DNA from: Veleropilina oligotropha | Lineage: Eukaryota | NCBI GenBank assembly: GCA_048128005.1 | Contig: JBEUKZ010000080.1 | Location: forward strand, 310,001 to 374,000 | DNA: 64,000 nucleotides | Direction of reading: 5' to 3' | In this document: in pieces, positions 38,624-51,464 of the stretch | How positions within the stretch are numbered: position 1 is the stretch's first letter | Layout of the letters: each line of letters opens with the position of its first letter | Notes under the pieces: generated by a model | The model's database searches: none | Told to the model about the DNA's origin: nothing | The model's input: only the letters and a program-made list of their open reading frames with translations | Made by a program: the position numbers and the translations under genes

Positions 38624-39017
38624 CCCCATAAAGTAAGGGTATTCTTTAACTTTCTCTGACATGACAGCGACTTTTAACGGTACCATTTACCAAAAATTTG
38701 TATGTTGTATTAGTACTGCATTAGTAATTAAGCGGCATGGTATTAGGTCAATTTGACCAATCAAACCACCGAAAGCTCACATGAGGGGTGGTAATAATCA
38801 CTAATAACTATGGCCGTAGGAAGCACTGCGAACTTAATTCGTCGCACAAATTTTCGCCTACATTTCAGTTAAAATCAACATTTTTTATGTTCTGGCATTG
38901 CATCTATCATTTTGTTCTCACCATGCACTTTCAAAATGCTTCCTACTGTAGTGATATGGTACCTATTATGTATTTATGTATTTACATTCGAAAGAAAACT
39001 ACAAATGGTGTATCACC

Positions 39018-41474
39018 CAGGGATATGCCCACACCGGTTGGCCCCACCCGGCCCTCTTTGCTGCCACCCGGCAAAAACAATATTTAGATTTCCACCCATG
39101 CACCACTATATTAGAATAATTCAATCATATATGCATTTTAAATGTGCACTTTATACTATTCATTGTAAATGTATGATCTAAATGTCACTCGGGTAACAGC
39201 AATTTGCTTTTGAGATGCATAATATTTGTAAAATTTATTCGCCTGTGCCGAAACTTGACAATTAAAATTATTATACCCGGTGTCATATAGAATTGTGACC
39301 CCACAGAAAAGTGCCCCGCGGGTCACTATTCTTTAAAGAATTATGACCCGCGGGTCATAATTCTACTGTAGAAAATTGACCCACCCCATAGAAAAGTTAC
39401 CACGGGATCAAAATTGTACTAATATTAGATGACTCACCTACATTTTTGATACATGATCAATCAAATGAATGATGGAATGTTATAATTAATGATGGCTCAC
39501 AAGCGTGATATTGCCTCCAAATATATTTAGGTACATTTAACACGACAATAGCTGTTACGAAAACACCACTTAGTGCAGAGGGGCATTACACTAGCGAGCT
39601 GACATAAGCTAATTGCCAAGTATAATGACACATGCTTATCGCCATTGATCGGGAAGTATTTTACAGAATGAAACTTTAATAGGCCATATATATACAAGTA
39701 CATGTATGTACATTTGTACGAGATAATTTATTAACTGCATAAAGTACATTTTATAAACGTGTTAATACATTTGTATTGTATGTACTAAACAATGCATATC
39801 TATTAACAATATAATATCAGGTCTGCTATGTAAAAATACAACTTTCCTATAACGCGGTCCCGATATTTTGGACCCCAACTACCGCGTTATAACGAGGCTG
39901 TCGTGTACATAGATCGATAGTGACTGCTGACTGAAACTTGTGAAAGTAAAAATTAAAAGAAAATTGTCAACCAAACGTCAAGTTCTCCATTGATTGCTGT
40001 CAAACATGTGATATAAATGATCAGTAGGACATAGTGAACAAGAATTGTGGAAATTTAGAGAGGGTAGGAGCAAGGGGGAGGGGGGGGGGGTCATTATGTT
40101 TATTTATATTTTAAGAATTATGACCCCTTCCTCTATACATGTACTGTTAACTAGTACGCATAGTGTCTACACCTACAACGTTATTTGTGATCAATGTATT
40201 AACGACTGCTCAATGTCTTCGTGTCTGGCTTGCTTTACGAATCCGAATGATGATGAGGAATTTATGTTTAACGATCACGCTTACAGTATTTAAGTTATTA
40301 ATTGTGTCAATCAACTTTGAATGACGAAATGGGCTGCGCTGTGTGCAATGGAGGCAGTGATCTTGAGAAAATCCAAGGCAATCCCATCATGTCCCAACCG
40401 AGATTCGAACCCACCACTGTTCGTGTCAGCAAAATCAATTAAGCCAGTGATTTTCGGAGTTTGCAACCGAAACCACGCGACTGTCAGGGCGGTCCGCAAA
40501 TCAGGAATTTACAAGTAGGCCTAAAATAATGTAGGCCTACATAATTCTCCAAATATCAATATAAATACTTTCAATTATGATTGCCAACTGGTTGAATCAG
40601 AATAGTATATACTGAAAACGGGGCTTGTGACTGTAATACAATATATGTATCTACATGAAGTGGGAACACGATGTGCATATTGACGATAAAGGGAATCGTT
40701 ATATTTTTACGGCATAAAGACGAAATTTACAATGTAACATGGAAATATGATTTGGTAGCTTTTGGTTAATATTTATCTTATTGTAATGTTTTCTCATAAC
40801 GCTGATCGCTAGACATTTACATACGCATGAAGAACACTTTTCTTGAGCAATTGCTTTACTGACCGCTAGCTGCTAATGATGTGTGATACATGTTTTTAGC
40901 TACTCAATCTTAGCATTTTTTAGTCTTGTAAAATAACGGTTTAGTACCGGTACTGGCAGCCGTACCACAGTACGTACCGACTTGCATTGAGGATCGCGGT
41001 ATACCGGTAAAACCGCGCAACTCTAATTCTCGATAGAATAAGATATATATGACAAATATCAGTTTTGTTGTAAATTAAAATATTACAGAGGGTACATCAG
41101 CCCTGTGTGTCAAAATTCTAATTCCAACATATGTTTTGATCATCATGTACCAGATATTTAGACAGGTCATTTTACCATAGTAAAAGTTTGGTCACCTGGC
41201 CACTCTTCAACAGGCCGGGTCATATTCTACAGTAGAACTATGACCCACGGGACTCGCAATTCATTTAAGAATATCGACCCGGGTCACTTTGCTGTGTAAA
41301 AATGACCCGGGTCACTATTCTACATGGGTCAATATTCTATCCAAGGAGTGGGTCGCTTTTCTATAGGGCGGGTCATAATTCTACAGCGGTAAAATGACCA
41401 AAATGTCACATTTCTATGTGGGTCAATATATTCTATCTGACACCTGCACTCAAAAATTCCTGGGCACATCCCTG
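39018..41474. mobile_element. CAGGG-terminated element with 6-bp TSD (ATCACC), containing a nested element
   Basis: atcacc|cagggatatgccca ... tgggcacatccctg|atcacc. The rejoined flanks match the uninterrupted paralogue at ~24010-24185. Confidence 0.8.
39279..41444. mobile_element. Non-autonomous TIR element with repetitive subterminal arms
   Basis: ggtgtcatatagaat... versus ...attctatctgacacc; multiple agaattatgacccg / gggtcataattcta motifs at both ends. Confidence 0.65.
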
Positions 41475-42837
41475 ATCACCTACTCGATCATCTGATGAAT
41501 TTGCAAGTTAAAATGCAGCATAACATTCTAATTATTGGATAATCGCTTCAGTCATAGACAAAATTTTAGCGTGAATGGTTGCATTAGAATCCATTAGATA
41601 TAACTATTAAGTCATGCAGATTTCCCCCAGGTCGATTTTTTTAATCAGGTGTAGATCTTCCTTAAAATTTCTGGTACCCAGCAGGGATACCAGAATTACA
41701 ATTCTCGCACCTGAAATAGATTGATCCCATTTTTTACCGGTGATGAAAAATTCGATCTTGAACACTTTGTATACATACGCAAATGCTGTCTAGCACACTT
41801 TGTATTCATACGCACGTCGTCTGCAATGTTTGGAAACAAAAATGGTGGATCGAAACATAAAAACCAACGTACTGGGGCTAATATAATAATAATAATAATA
41901 ATGAGAAGATTTATCTGCGCTTTCCACACATATGAAATGCGTCCCAAAGCGCTTACATTATATCTCTCTATAATATCTATATCGCATTAAACCACGCATG
42001 TACGCTACACCCGAAACACCAAACCGATGTCCCATAACTATCTACAAAACTTACCATGGCTTTAATTAGACCTGCAGACTAGCTACTCCAACGATGAAAA
42101 TTCATTCTACATAGCTGACACAATTCCGTGAAAATCCTGGCAAAACGTCCTTCGTTTGCAAATTGTACGCTTGATGTAAACAAATTTAAATGCACCATGA
42201 AGCGTATGGCAGCAAATACGAACATAATTACAGATCGATCGACGCTTCACAAACACTTCTGTCAGAATGCACTTAATTATGACAAAAATTGCTGGAAAAT
42301 AAGTCCCAGGCAGACACGCAGATCGACAGAAACTATATTATAAGCAGACAACATTGCCTCTGACAAGTGATGTCACTTCTTGCAGTTTAATAGTTCTAGC
42401 GTTTTTTATCTACGTTATGATATAAATATTTAGCGTTTTGTTGACTTTTTCAATTATTAATATTTTAACGTTACTAATGAAATTGAGTAAATATTTATTC
42501 CATAAGTACGGAACTATATTTGATTGCGTCAGAAGAACAGCTGGTGAGTGATTGGGCTTTTGCAATACAATAAGGTAAACAAATATCGAAATAGCCTTAA
42601 AAAGTAACATCACCTCATGTATATAGTGTCAATGTGATAGTTCGAGCTTTTTATTACCCTATGTTATGAATTTAAATATTTTACAATTATTATTATTTAA
42701 TAATACTAAAGAATTGAATAAATATTAGTCTGGTATCCCGCAAAAATAACTGGTATCCCGTAATTTAAACACAATAATGAACTTCAAATGTTTTACAGCA
42801 CAGTACCAAAAAAAACTACAGGAGTTATTTTTGTGTG

Positions 42838-44992
42838 AACAAAAACATATGTCTCCCAATGTAAGAGAAATCACTCCATATTGAGACCCTCATGCAGTTT
42901 GGAAAGTCACGAACTGGGAGAGTGTAAATATAATTGACGAAATGGATGGATTTATTATGCAAATGTCCTGAATATTTACACCCATCACGTTCATGGCATG
43001 GGAACCTATGAAGATGATAAGAATGTTAGTAGATCAAAGGTCATTACGGCAAGGTCAAAGGTCATTTTCGGAAAATTACGTCTCCTTGCACAATGATGGC
43101 ACATTAAGGGCAGATAGCATATCACAGGAAATCATGCTGGCATGCATAGGACCCGAGATCAAGCCAGGACAAGGTGTGTATCAGGAAATACATTTTGACC
43201 TGTGACCTTGACCTTTGACCAAACAAGAAATTGAACATTGTTATATAATGTGGGAGGAGGAATTATGCTTAATGTCCTGTATAGTTACAACATCGAGGTT
43301 CAAGGCAGGACATGTCCGTGTTATCGCGGGAGGAAACCCCGGTCGCCCGGGTAAACCCACCCTCTTCGGCCAGTCACGGACAACTGTGCTTCATAACTTG
43401 AACAAATGTGTGCTGCCTCAGCCGGGGGTCGATCCCACTACTGTTCGCCTCAGCGGAAACAAGCCAGTGAATTTAGAGTGGACACTCTACCCACTGCGCT
43501 ACCGAAGCGGCCTTTATATAATGTACTCACCCTCATGAAGAAATTTGGAGAAAAATAATTAAAGAAACAAGATATGAAAATGCCCAAATATGGAATCAGG
43601 AAAGTACATTTTGACCTTTGACCGAACAACACAATGAACATTGTTATATAATGTACTCACCCACAGGGGAAAAGTTGGCGAAAAATAATTAAGAAAACAA
43701 TAAAATATAAAAATGCCCAAATATGGAATTTTTTATGAAGGTCACAGAGCCATGGTCAAAAGTGCAAAATTTTAGCACCCTGCACATGCTTCAATTGTGG
43801 GCCATGCATCATCAAAGAAATTAGAAGGAAAAGATTTGACATCACCGAAAACCAGATCGGACACGATTTCGGGGTCAAAAATCATTAGGTCAAGGTCGAA
43901 GGTCGTTTCCGCAAACTTTTGCCACACAGCACAATGGCAAGATAGGGCAGTTTAACAAACCAAAGGAAATCATGCTGGCATGCATAGGACCCGAGATGTA
44001 GCCTGGACAAGGTGTGTGTTAGAGAAAGTACATTTTGACATCTGTGACCTTGACCTTGGACCGAACAACAAAATTGAACATTGTTATATAATGTATTCAC
44101 CCTCTGGAATAAATTTGGTGAAAAAAAATTAAGAAAACAAAATATAAAAATGCCCAAATATGGAAATTGTTTATCAAGGTCACAGTGCCAATGTCAAAAG
44201 TACAAAATTTTAGCGCCCTGCTCATGCTTGAAGTGTGGGCCATGCATCTACAAAGAAATTATAAGGATAAGATTTGACTTATCCGAGAACCAGCCCGGAC
44301 ACGATTTCGGGGGTTAAAGGTCATTACGTCAAGGTCGAAAGTTGTTTTCGCAAAATTTTGCCAAAAAGCACAATGGCATGAGAGGGCGGTTTAACATACC
44401 ACAGAAAATCAGGCTGGCATATATAGGACCCGAGATCTAGCCCGGACAAGGTGTGTTTTAGAGAAAGTACATTTTGACATCTGTGACCTTGACCTTAGAC
44501 CGAACAACAAAATTGAACATTGTTATATATATATATATATAATGTACTCACCCTCAGGAATAAATTTGGTAGAAAAAAATTAAGAAAACAATCAAATACA
44601 AAAATGCCCAAATATGGAAATTGTTTATCAAGGTCACAGCACCAAGGTCAAAGGTCAAAAGTGCAAAATTTTAGCACCCTGTACATGCTTGGGGTGTAGG
44701 CCATGCATCTACAAAGAAATTAGAAGGATAAGATTTGAAGCCTCTGAGAACCAGGCCGGACACGATTTCGGGGTCAAAGGTCATTACGTCAAGGTCGAAA
44801 GTCGTTTTCGTGAAATTTTGCCGAAAAGCATAATGGCATGCTTGGAGGGTTTAATTTACCAAAGGAAATAATGCTGGCACATATAGGACCTGAGATCTAG
44901 TCCGGACAAGCAAAGTGAGGAAGATGGAGAAAGAGAAAGTGAACGGAGCGTAAAACAATGTCTCTCCCACCCTTCGGATGGGGAGACATAAT
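42838..44992 (+). mobile_element. Helentron/DINE-1/pearl-like element with internal ~440-460-bp tandem repeats
   Basis: atgtctccc near the 5' end and a 3' hairpin ...tgtctctcccac...ggggagacataatt; ggacc[c/t]gagat at 43987, 44426 and 44886; tgacct/aggtca-rich. Confidence 0.7.
43252..43513 (-). mobile_element. Full-length tRNA-derived V-domain-like SINE with 11-bp TSD
   Basis: Minus strand: A box tagcgcagtggg, B-box-like gggatcgacccc, V-like core. TSD ttatataatgt at 43241-43251 and 43514-43524. Confidence 0.8.
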
Positions 44993-45567
44993 TACTATAA
45001 TCACATACATACATGTGATAAACCCAAAACAGCATTCCAGAAGTATTTTTGTCGACATTTATTATTGTCGATTTCATAATTTTTATGTTATTTATTTGTA
45101 AGTAATTATAACCTAAACATTAAAATAATTGTATAGAAAAGCACACAAAGTACTCTTATGCAGTCAGACAATAATATAAGTTAGTTTTAAAAAAATATAT
45201 ACCATACGGTACTAAATATTTTAACTTTTCATATCAACTTGGATATTATTAATATTTCAAGATGTGTTGTCATATTAAATTTATTCATAACAATATTTCA
45301 GTCATAGTAATACATGTATATAAAATATAATTATTGCTTAAATTAAGTATTTACATTAATAAAGATACAAAATAATAGCTACTCCAGTACATAGTAACTG
45401 TATATTTAGTGGCAGAAATATGAAATTAAAAGTAAATTCGAGAATGAGGCTTTGTCCCGATTTTAACTTCGGAAGTTGACAAGTTGGGCAGTTCTGATTA
45501 ACTTCGACACAACTCTTATTGTCCTGCAATAAAATGCTTAATCTAATATTGTGTACCAAGATGAGCA

Positions 45568-48500
45568 ATGGATAATCAACTTCAGTACAGTTCTGAAACA
45601 CTGAGACAATTGTCAACACCCTCCCTCAAACCAAAGAGGAAATTAAGGAAAACTCTATTTCAGCTGAATATTTGGCAGCCTCAATCGAACTGTAATCAAT
45701 TCCCTATCCCCGCGATTGTATTCCCAAGAAATGAAATATCTAATGCCTGTCCAAATAGAGAGAGAATATTAACAAATGTAAATATTACCCTTACCAATTG
45801 TCACGAATTGATAAATTGCAGCGTTTTAAATACCAGGTCGGTTAGAAATAAAGTTGATGTTTTGCAGGATTTAGTAAGTGATAACAATATTGATATATTT
45901 TTTCTCACCGAAACATGGCTCGGACATGACGATGATGATGCCGTCATAGCTCAACTCACCCCCAAGGGCTTCACGTTTAAGCATATTCCAAGAAAGACCA
46001 GAAAGGGAGGTGGAGTTGCTGTTCTTCATCGCTCAAATCTCAAAATAAAGGTATTAACATCGGATAAGTACAATACCTTCGAAGTTATTGAAGCGACTCT
46101 ATCAATAAGAGGCAAATCAATTAGCATCTCGACGGTGTACAGACCAGACCCACATGGAAAAAACGCGGCGCAGTTCCTAGATGAATTTTCAAAATTTTTG
46201 GTAAACGCCTCAGCCTCCAACGAACATATTTTAATTGCTGGTGATGTTAATCTACACTTGGATGAAGTTGAACACCCAGATGTGATTAAATTCAACTCTT
46301 TACTGGAATCGTGCGGCCTCAAACAAATTGTGGAAGAGCCAACGCATAAAAGTAATCACATAATAGACTGTGTGATCATTTCACAAGACAACGCAATTTT
46401 TCCACTAAGTACGAAAACTGTGGATTGCCAGATATCGGATCACTTTCTAATCTCATTTAAATTGAAAATAGAAAGGCCAGCACCCGAATCGAAACAAATT
46501 TGCTACCGTAAACTCAAAGATGTCGACATTACTGAGTTCAAAACAGAATTATCGCATATCGTCTTTCCACAAGAAATGGACCTGTCACAGTTGGTCGATA
46601 AATATAACAATGATATTAAACTCATCATTGACAATCATGCTCCGGAGATCACCAAAACAGTCACCATAAGACCAAATACACAATGGTACAATGCCAACCT
46701 CCGCCAAGGTAAAGTAATTCGACGACGCTTAGAACGACGCTGGAATAAGTCTGGCAAACTCACCGATTACGACGCATATAAGGAACAGTGCAAGTTGGTG
46801 AACCATCTGCTCACGGATGCTAAAACTGAATTCTTCTCAAACAAAGTCATTAACTCGAAAGATGATCAAAAGAAGCTCTTTAATGTTACCAAAGATCTGT
46901 TACAATGGAATAAGTCAACTCCACTGCCAACTGATTATCAAGAGGAATCACTTCCCACTATTTTTAGCGACTTCTTCGTTGATAAAATAATCAAAATACG
47001 AAACACAATTTCGTTATCGCAAATGCAATCAACCACCGATGAAATCTATGAATATTTAGATTTGAAACGTAATGACATTCAACTCTTAACGTTTGAAGTT
47101 GCAACGAATGATGAAATTAGGTCGATCATTATGAGGTCATCATCATCTACGTGCCCACTCGACCCTCTACCATCATGGATGCTGAAAGCATGTTCAGATG
47201 AATTGTTGCCAATTTTGACGCGGCTTGTCAACATGTCATTATCCAATGCAGAAGTTCCAGAAAATTTCAAGAGCGCATTGGTAAAGCCCTTACTGAAAAA
47301 GGCCAATTTGGATCAAAACAATCTGAAAAATTATCGACCGGTTTCTAATCTAAGTTTTATTTCAAAACTTGTGGAACGTGTTGTAGCAATTCGATTAAAT
47401 TCTCACTTGAAAAATCACATGCTTTTGGACAAATACCAATCAGCGTATCGCATGTTTCACTCCACAGAAAAGGCCCTTTTAAAGGTTCAGAATGACATAC
47501 TTCAATCTCTACATCAGAAATCAATGGTTGCTCTCGTCTTGCTTGACCTGAGTGCAGCTTTCGATACAATTGACCACCAAATTCTGTTTAACCGCCTGAA
47601 CGCCTACTTTGGAATCAAGCAATCAGCGCTTACATGGATCAAGTCATATCTAGATGAGCGAAAACAAACGGTCGTCATAAACGGCATGAAATGTGACCCT
47701 GCCTCTCTCCCTTATGGTGTGCCACAAGGTTCCGTCTTAGGTCCGATTCTGTTTTCGATGTATGTCACACCCGTAGCAGAGATTGCCTCCAAATATAATC
47801 TGTGCTATCATTTCTACGCAGATGACAGTCAAATATATGTTGCATTTGATCCCAAAAGCTCCTTCAAGGCAAGCCTAGACATATTGGAGAGCTGTGTTTC
47901 AGAGATCAAACACTGGATGTGCACAAACATGCTGAAACTCAATGATGATAAAACTGAGTTTATTATATTTGGCTCAAGAAGTAACATCACAAAGGTCCGA
48001 GATGTAAACCTACAAGTTGGTGAAACTGAAATAAACTCCAGCGAATTTGTAAGAAATTTGGGTGCTTACTTCGACAACACTATGTCGATGGAAAAATTTG
48101 TCTCTGATAAAGTTAAATGCTCATTATTCTTTCTAAGAAACATCAGACGCATCCGTCGTTTTTTAACACCAGATGCAACGAAGCTTCTTGTGCATGCATA
48201 TGTCATATCTCGCCTTGATTATTCCAACAGTTTACTTTTCGGAATAAACGCAAGCCTCATTAACAGATTGCAGCAAGTTCAGAATGCCGCAGCCAGGCTG
48301 ATTTTACTTGCCCAGCCAAGGGACCATGCAACCCCGCTGCTATATAGCCTACACTGGCTCCCTGTTGAGAAACGGATTATTTTCAAAATTCTTACATTCG
48401 TTTACAATTCTCTTCAAGGAAAAGCGCCTGGATATATTATTGAACTTCTGGCTCAATATCGACCTATTAGAGCACTTAGGTCGCAGCAATTACAACAGTT

Positions 48501-48678
48501 GACAGAGAATAGAACAATGAATAAATATGGTGATAGAGCATTTATCAACAATGCCCCAAAACTCTGGAACAAACTCCCATCTAAAGTAAAGGAAAGCACA
48601 TCTCAGACAAGTTTTCGGAAGACGTTGAAAACACACCTATTTGCTGATGTATATGCCAACCTGATCAAATCTCACTAA
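45568..48678 (+). CDS. L2-clade LINE ORF2 (APE endonuclease plus RT), uninterrupted, 1036 aa; 3' UTR and (aat)n tail to ~49038
   Basis: LNTRSVRNK, LTETWL, GGGVA, AGDVN and SDHF (APE). NYRPVSNL, QSAYR, LLDLSAAFDTIDH, GVPQGSVLGP, YADDSQ and LHWLP (L2 RT). Confidence 0.95.
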   Translation: MDNQLQYSSETLRQLSTPSLKPKRKLRKTLFQLNIWQPQSNCNQFPIPAIVFPRNEISNACPNRERILTNVNITLTNCHELINCSVLNTRSVRNKVDVLQDLVSDNNIDIFFLTETWLGHDDDDAVIAQLTPKGFTFKHIPRKTRKGGGVAVLHRSNLKIKVLTSDKYNTFEVIEATLSIRGKSISISTVYRPDPHGKNAAQFLDEFSKFLVNASASNEHILIAGDVNLHLDEVEHPDVIKFNSLLESCGLKQIVEEPTHKSNHIIDCVIISQDNAIFPLSTKTVDCQISDHFLISFKLKIERPAPESKQICYRKLKDVDITEFKTELSHIVFPQEMDLSQLVDKYNNDIKLIIDNHAPEITKTVTIRPNTQWYNANLRQGKVIRRRLERRWNKSGKLTDYDAYKEQCKLVNHLLTDAKTEFFSNKVINSKDDQKKLFNVTKDLLQWNKSTPLPTDYQEESLPTIFSDFFVDKIIKIRNTISLSQMQSTTDEIYEYLDLKRNDIQLLTFEVATNDEIRSIIMRSSSSTCPLDPLPSWMLKACSDELLPILTRLVNMSLSNAEVPENFKSALVKPLLKKANLDQNNLKNYRPVSNLSFISKLVERVVAIRLNSHLKNHMLLDKYQSAYRMFHSTEKALLKVQNDILQSLHQKSMVALVLLDLSAAFDTIDHQILFNRLNAYFGIKQSALTWIKSYLDERKQTVVINGMKCDPASLPYGVPQGSVLGPILFSMYVTPVAEIASKYNLCYHFYADDSQIYVAFDPKSSFKASLDILESCVSEIKHWMCTNMLKLNDDKTEFIIFGSRSNITKVRDVNLQVGETEINSSEFVRNLGAYFDNTMSMEKFVSDKVKCSLFFLRNIRRIRRFLTPDATKLLVHAYVISRLDYSNSLLFGINASLINRLQQVQNAAARLILLAQPRDHATPLLYSLHWLPVEKRIIFKILTFVYNSLQGKAPGYIIELLAQYRPIRALRSQQLQQLTENRTMNKYGDRAFINNAPKLWNKLPSKVKESTSQTSFRKTLKTHLFADVYANLIKSH

Positions 48679-49434
48679 CAATTCAGCTGACATCGTAATA
48701 GGAGAACAGTAATGACTGCTTCACATCTGTTCATTGTTATTGCTTATAGCATTCATCATATGTATCATTCAAAGTTGGTTGAAGTTCACGCAGGGGCTGC
48801 TTCACCTCTTTGTCTGATTGAGCTTGTAAAAAAATAATTAATTAAATTGAAAATACTCAACAAAAAAATATTCTGTTTATTATTATTGCTTATTGCATTC
48901 ATAGTATGTATCATTGATGTCTCTCCTGTATATTCTTGTGTACATTGTACTGTAATATTAGTTATAGTTTGTACTGCGCTTAGAGCTACACTAGAATAGG
49001 CGCACTATAAATGTATTAAATAAAATAATAATAATAATGATGTAAATTGAGAATAAGAATGAAATTTTAAAACGAGGCTCCTTGCTAAAGTTACCTTGGC
49101 CAATCATGGAAAGTTGGGCAGAGAAAATGCAAGTTAACTTGGGCAGAGCTTCACTTGCGCTAACTTGGAAATTTGGGCAGAGCCAAATTTAAATTGAGCA
49201 GTGCCAAAATTAACTTCGGCAAGTGAGGTCAGGGTGCTCCCCGGGCACTAATAAGGTGGCGGATCGGCCACGCTATGATCCCTGCCCGCCACCCTATGAT
49301 CCCTCCCGGCCACCTTTTTTTTTTTTTTTTTTTTAAATGACCACCATTCCAGATGTTCACCCCATAGAAGCCATATAATTAATACATATATATATATATA
49401 TTATATGCACGCACGCACGTATATATATATATAC

Positions 49435-49881
49435 ACTAGCCAGGGTACCCGTCTTCGACGGGTGAGTCTCCCCACCTCATCAATAACCTAATTTATTATC
49501 TTGAACGCCTCTAACATTCCACGAAAGATCTCCACTGAGTGCTAACTATGAAAATATGAAAATTCCCCACCCCAAAAACACCACCCCCGCCCCCCCCCCA
49601 AAAAAATTTGAAAGCGCCATAACCACCGCCTTGGTACCCTTAGTTCACATGCCAAATTTGGTGGAGATCGGTCCAGCCGTTTGTAACGTTATAACTGTTA
49701 TGAAAATTCCTCACCCCCCAAAAAAACCACCCCCGCCCCCCCCCAAAAAAAAATTGAAAGCGCGATAACCACCGCCTTGGTACCCTTAGTTCACATGCCA
49801 AATTTGGTGGAGATCGGTCCAGCCGTTTGGGAGCCTATAGGAGACACACACACACAAACTCTCCACGATTATAGTATAGAT
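49435..49881 (+). mobile_element. Helitron/DINE-1-like non-autonomous element with an internal ~147-bp duplication
   Basis: actagccagggtacccgtcttcgacggg start; 49555-49682 is repeated at ~49699-49828; (ca)n; ...attatagtatagat end. Confidence 0.65.
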
Positions 49882-51249
49882 GCATACATACATGCATAAA
49901 TACACACATACATACACACACGCACGCGAACACAAGCGACCCCTCCGCGACATAATTCCCCCGCCTTATAATTTCAATCCGGGGAGAACCCTGGAGGTGG
50001 TTGGCTATAACAGAACTGTGGAAGTTGATGCAAATTGGCTATTTTACAGTCAATAGTTGAATAAAGCTTTATTAAAATTAAGGACACAAAAGGTAATGAA
50101 GCTCAATTAGGCTTCCTATTTATGAAGGGTGTGTGGGATTTGTTGTTGGAGTGTGAATGAAATATTACAAACAGCAATGCATGCACTGTGCAAATTACGG
50201 ACACGCTTAATTAAGCTTCCTGCTCGTGCGGAATAACAATTGACTCATTAGCACCTGTATGTTTTTGTAACAGCTACCATAATTAATTACTAATTGTCTG
50301 CTGGATCTGGTAGTTGACTCTATGAGACATTTCTTTACAATATATCTGGTTCCCACAGGGATTACTGACAACAGAATAATGGTAACCGTTATCAATCTGG
50401 TAACTTCGGGATACCGGATTACCGTGAAGATCGACCCCTGTTAATGTTACAATATCATAATAATAGTCCTTAAATATATGTATCGGATAATTTTAAAATA
50501 TGCTACATGCCATAATTAGAAAATGTATGTTCAGATAATGTATTGTTTCATAAAAAATATAATATTATAATATATCGCTATGGTTGAAACATCTTGAAGC
50601 CGCAGTGAATGATCACCGTGAATAAAAAGCGTATGCTATTAATATAAATTCAATATCGACTTTTAAACATTTATTTACCATATCTTATATTTTATTTCTG
50701 GATATAATAATCTCTAAACCAGTATAATTTTAAGCAAAGAATACATACAAAAAGAGTTAGATTAATTGGCGTTAAATTCCATTTTACGGAAGTGGAATCA
50801 TCATCTTTAATGTCATGAACACTAGTCACCATTTACATGATAATGTAACCTTTGCGTGCGTAGTAATTAATTGCTCACTAACTTTTATGACCCTAAAATA
50901 ATTAATTAACGGCCTTTGCAAAAGTTGCATTCCTCAATCAACGGAAGATTACTCTGATCAACATTTGTGCCTCCCTTAAAAGCCGGGGTGCCACTATAAA
51001 AGGGGCTAGCCAGTGGTCTGCTCGATCATTTCTGACTTGGAAACCGATCAGACCACATCGACATCGATTGGTTGACACATGGTTAAAACAACAGAAAACC
51101 AATTACGAAGTGTGTTTTTTATTGTTAGAGCAATTATCGCCTCCAGACTTCACAGGCAAATGTGCATACCCACCAATGTAAAGACACGCCCCCAACGCCT
51201 GGGCAAAATCTTCGACCAAGGGGTCACTTTTCCCGGCCTTTAAACAGGG

Positions 51250-51464
51250 GCCCGGGTCATTGCTTATCGTTCGTCTGTTTACGTTTGACGACTATAGCGG
51301 CTATAGCCTGATTAGATAGCGCAGATTATAGTAACAGTGAACTGCGCTAGTCGTTAAGCGTTTACGTTTGACGACTAGCGCAGTTCAGTGTTACTATAAT
51401 ATAACAGTGAACTGCGCTAGTCGTAAAAACGTAAACAGACGAACGATAAGCAGCGATCCGGGCT
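51250..51464. repeat. Complex branched fold-back structure
   Basis: tgcttatcgttcgtctgtttacgttt (51261-51286) pairs with 51427-51452. Inner attatagtaacagtgaactgcgctagtcg pairs with cgactagcgcagttcagtgttactataat, and a third arm copy is present. Confidence 0.85.

Noticed and set aside
43440..43513. tRNA gene
   Set aside because: The A/B boxes belong to a SINE head with a TSD; no complete cloverleaf.
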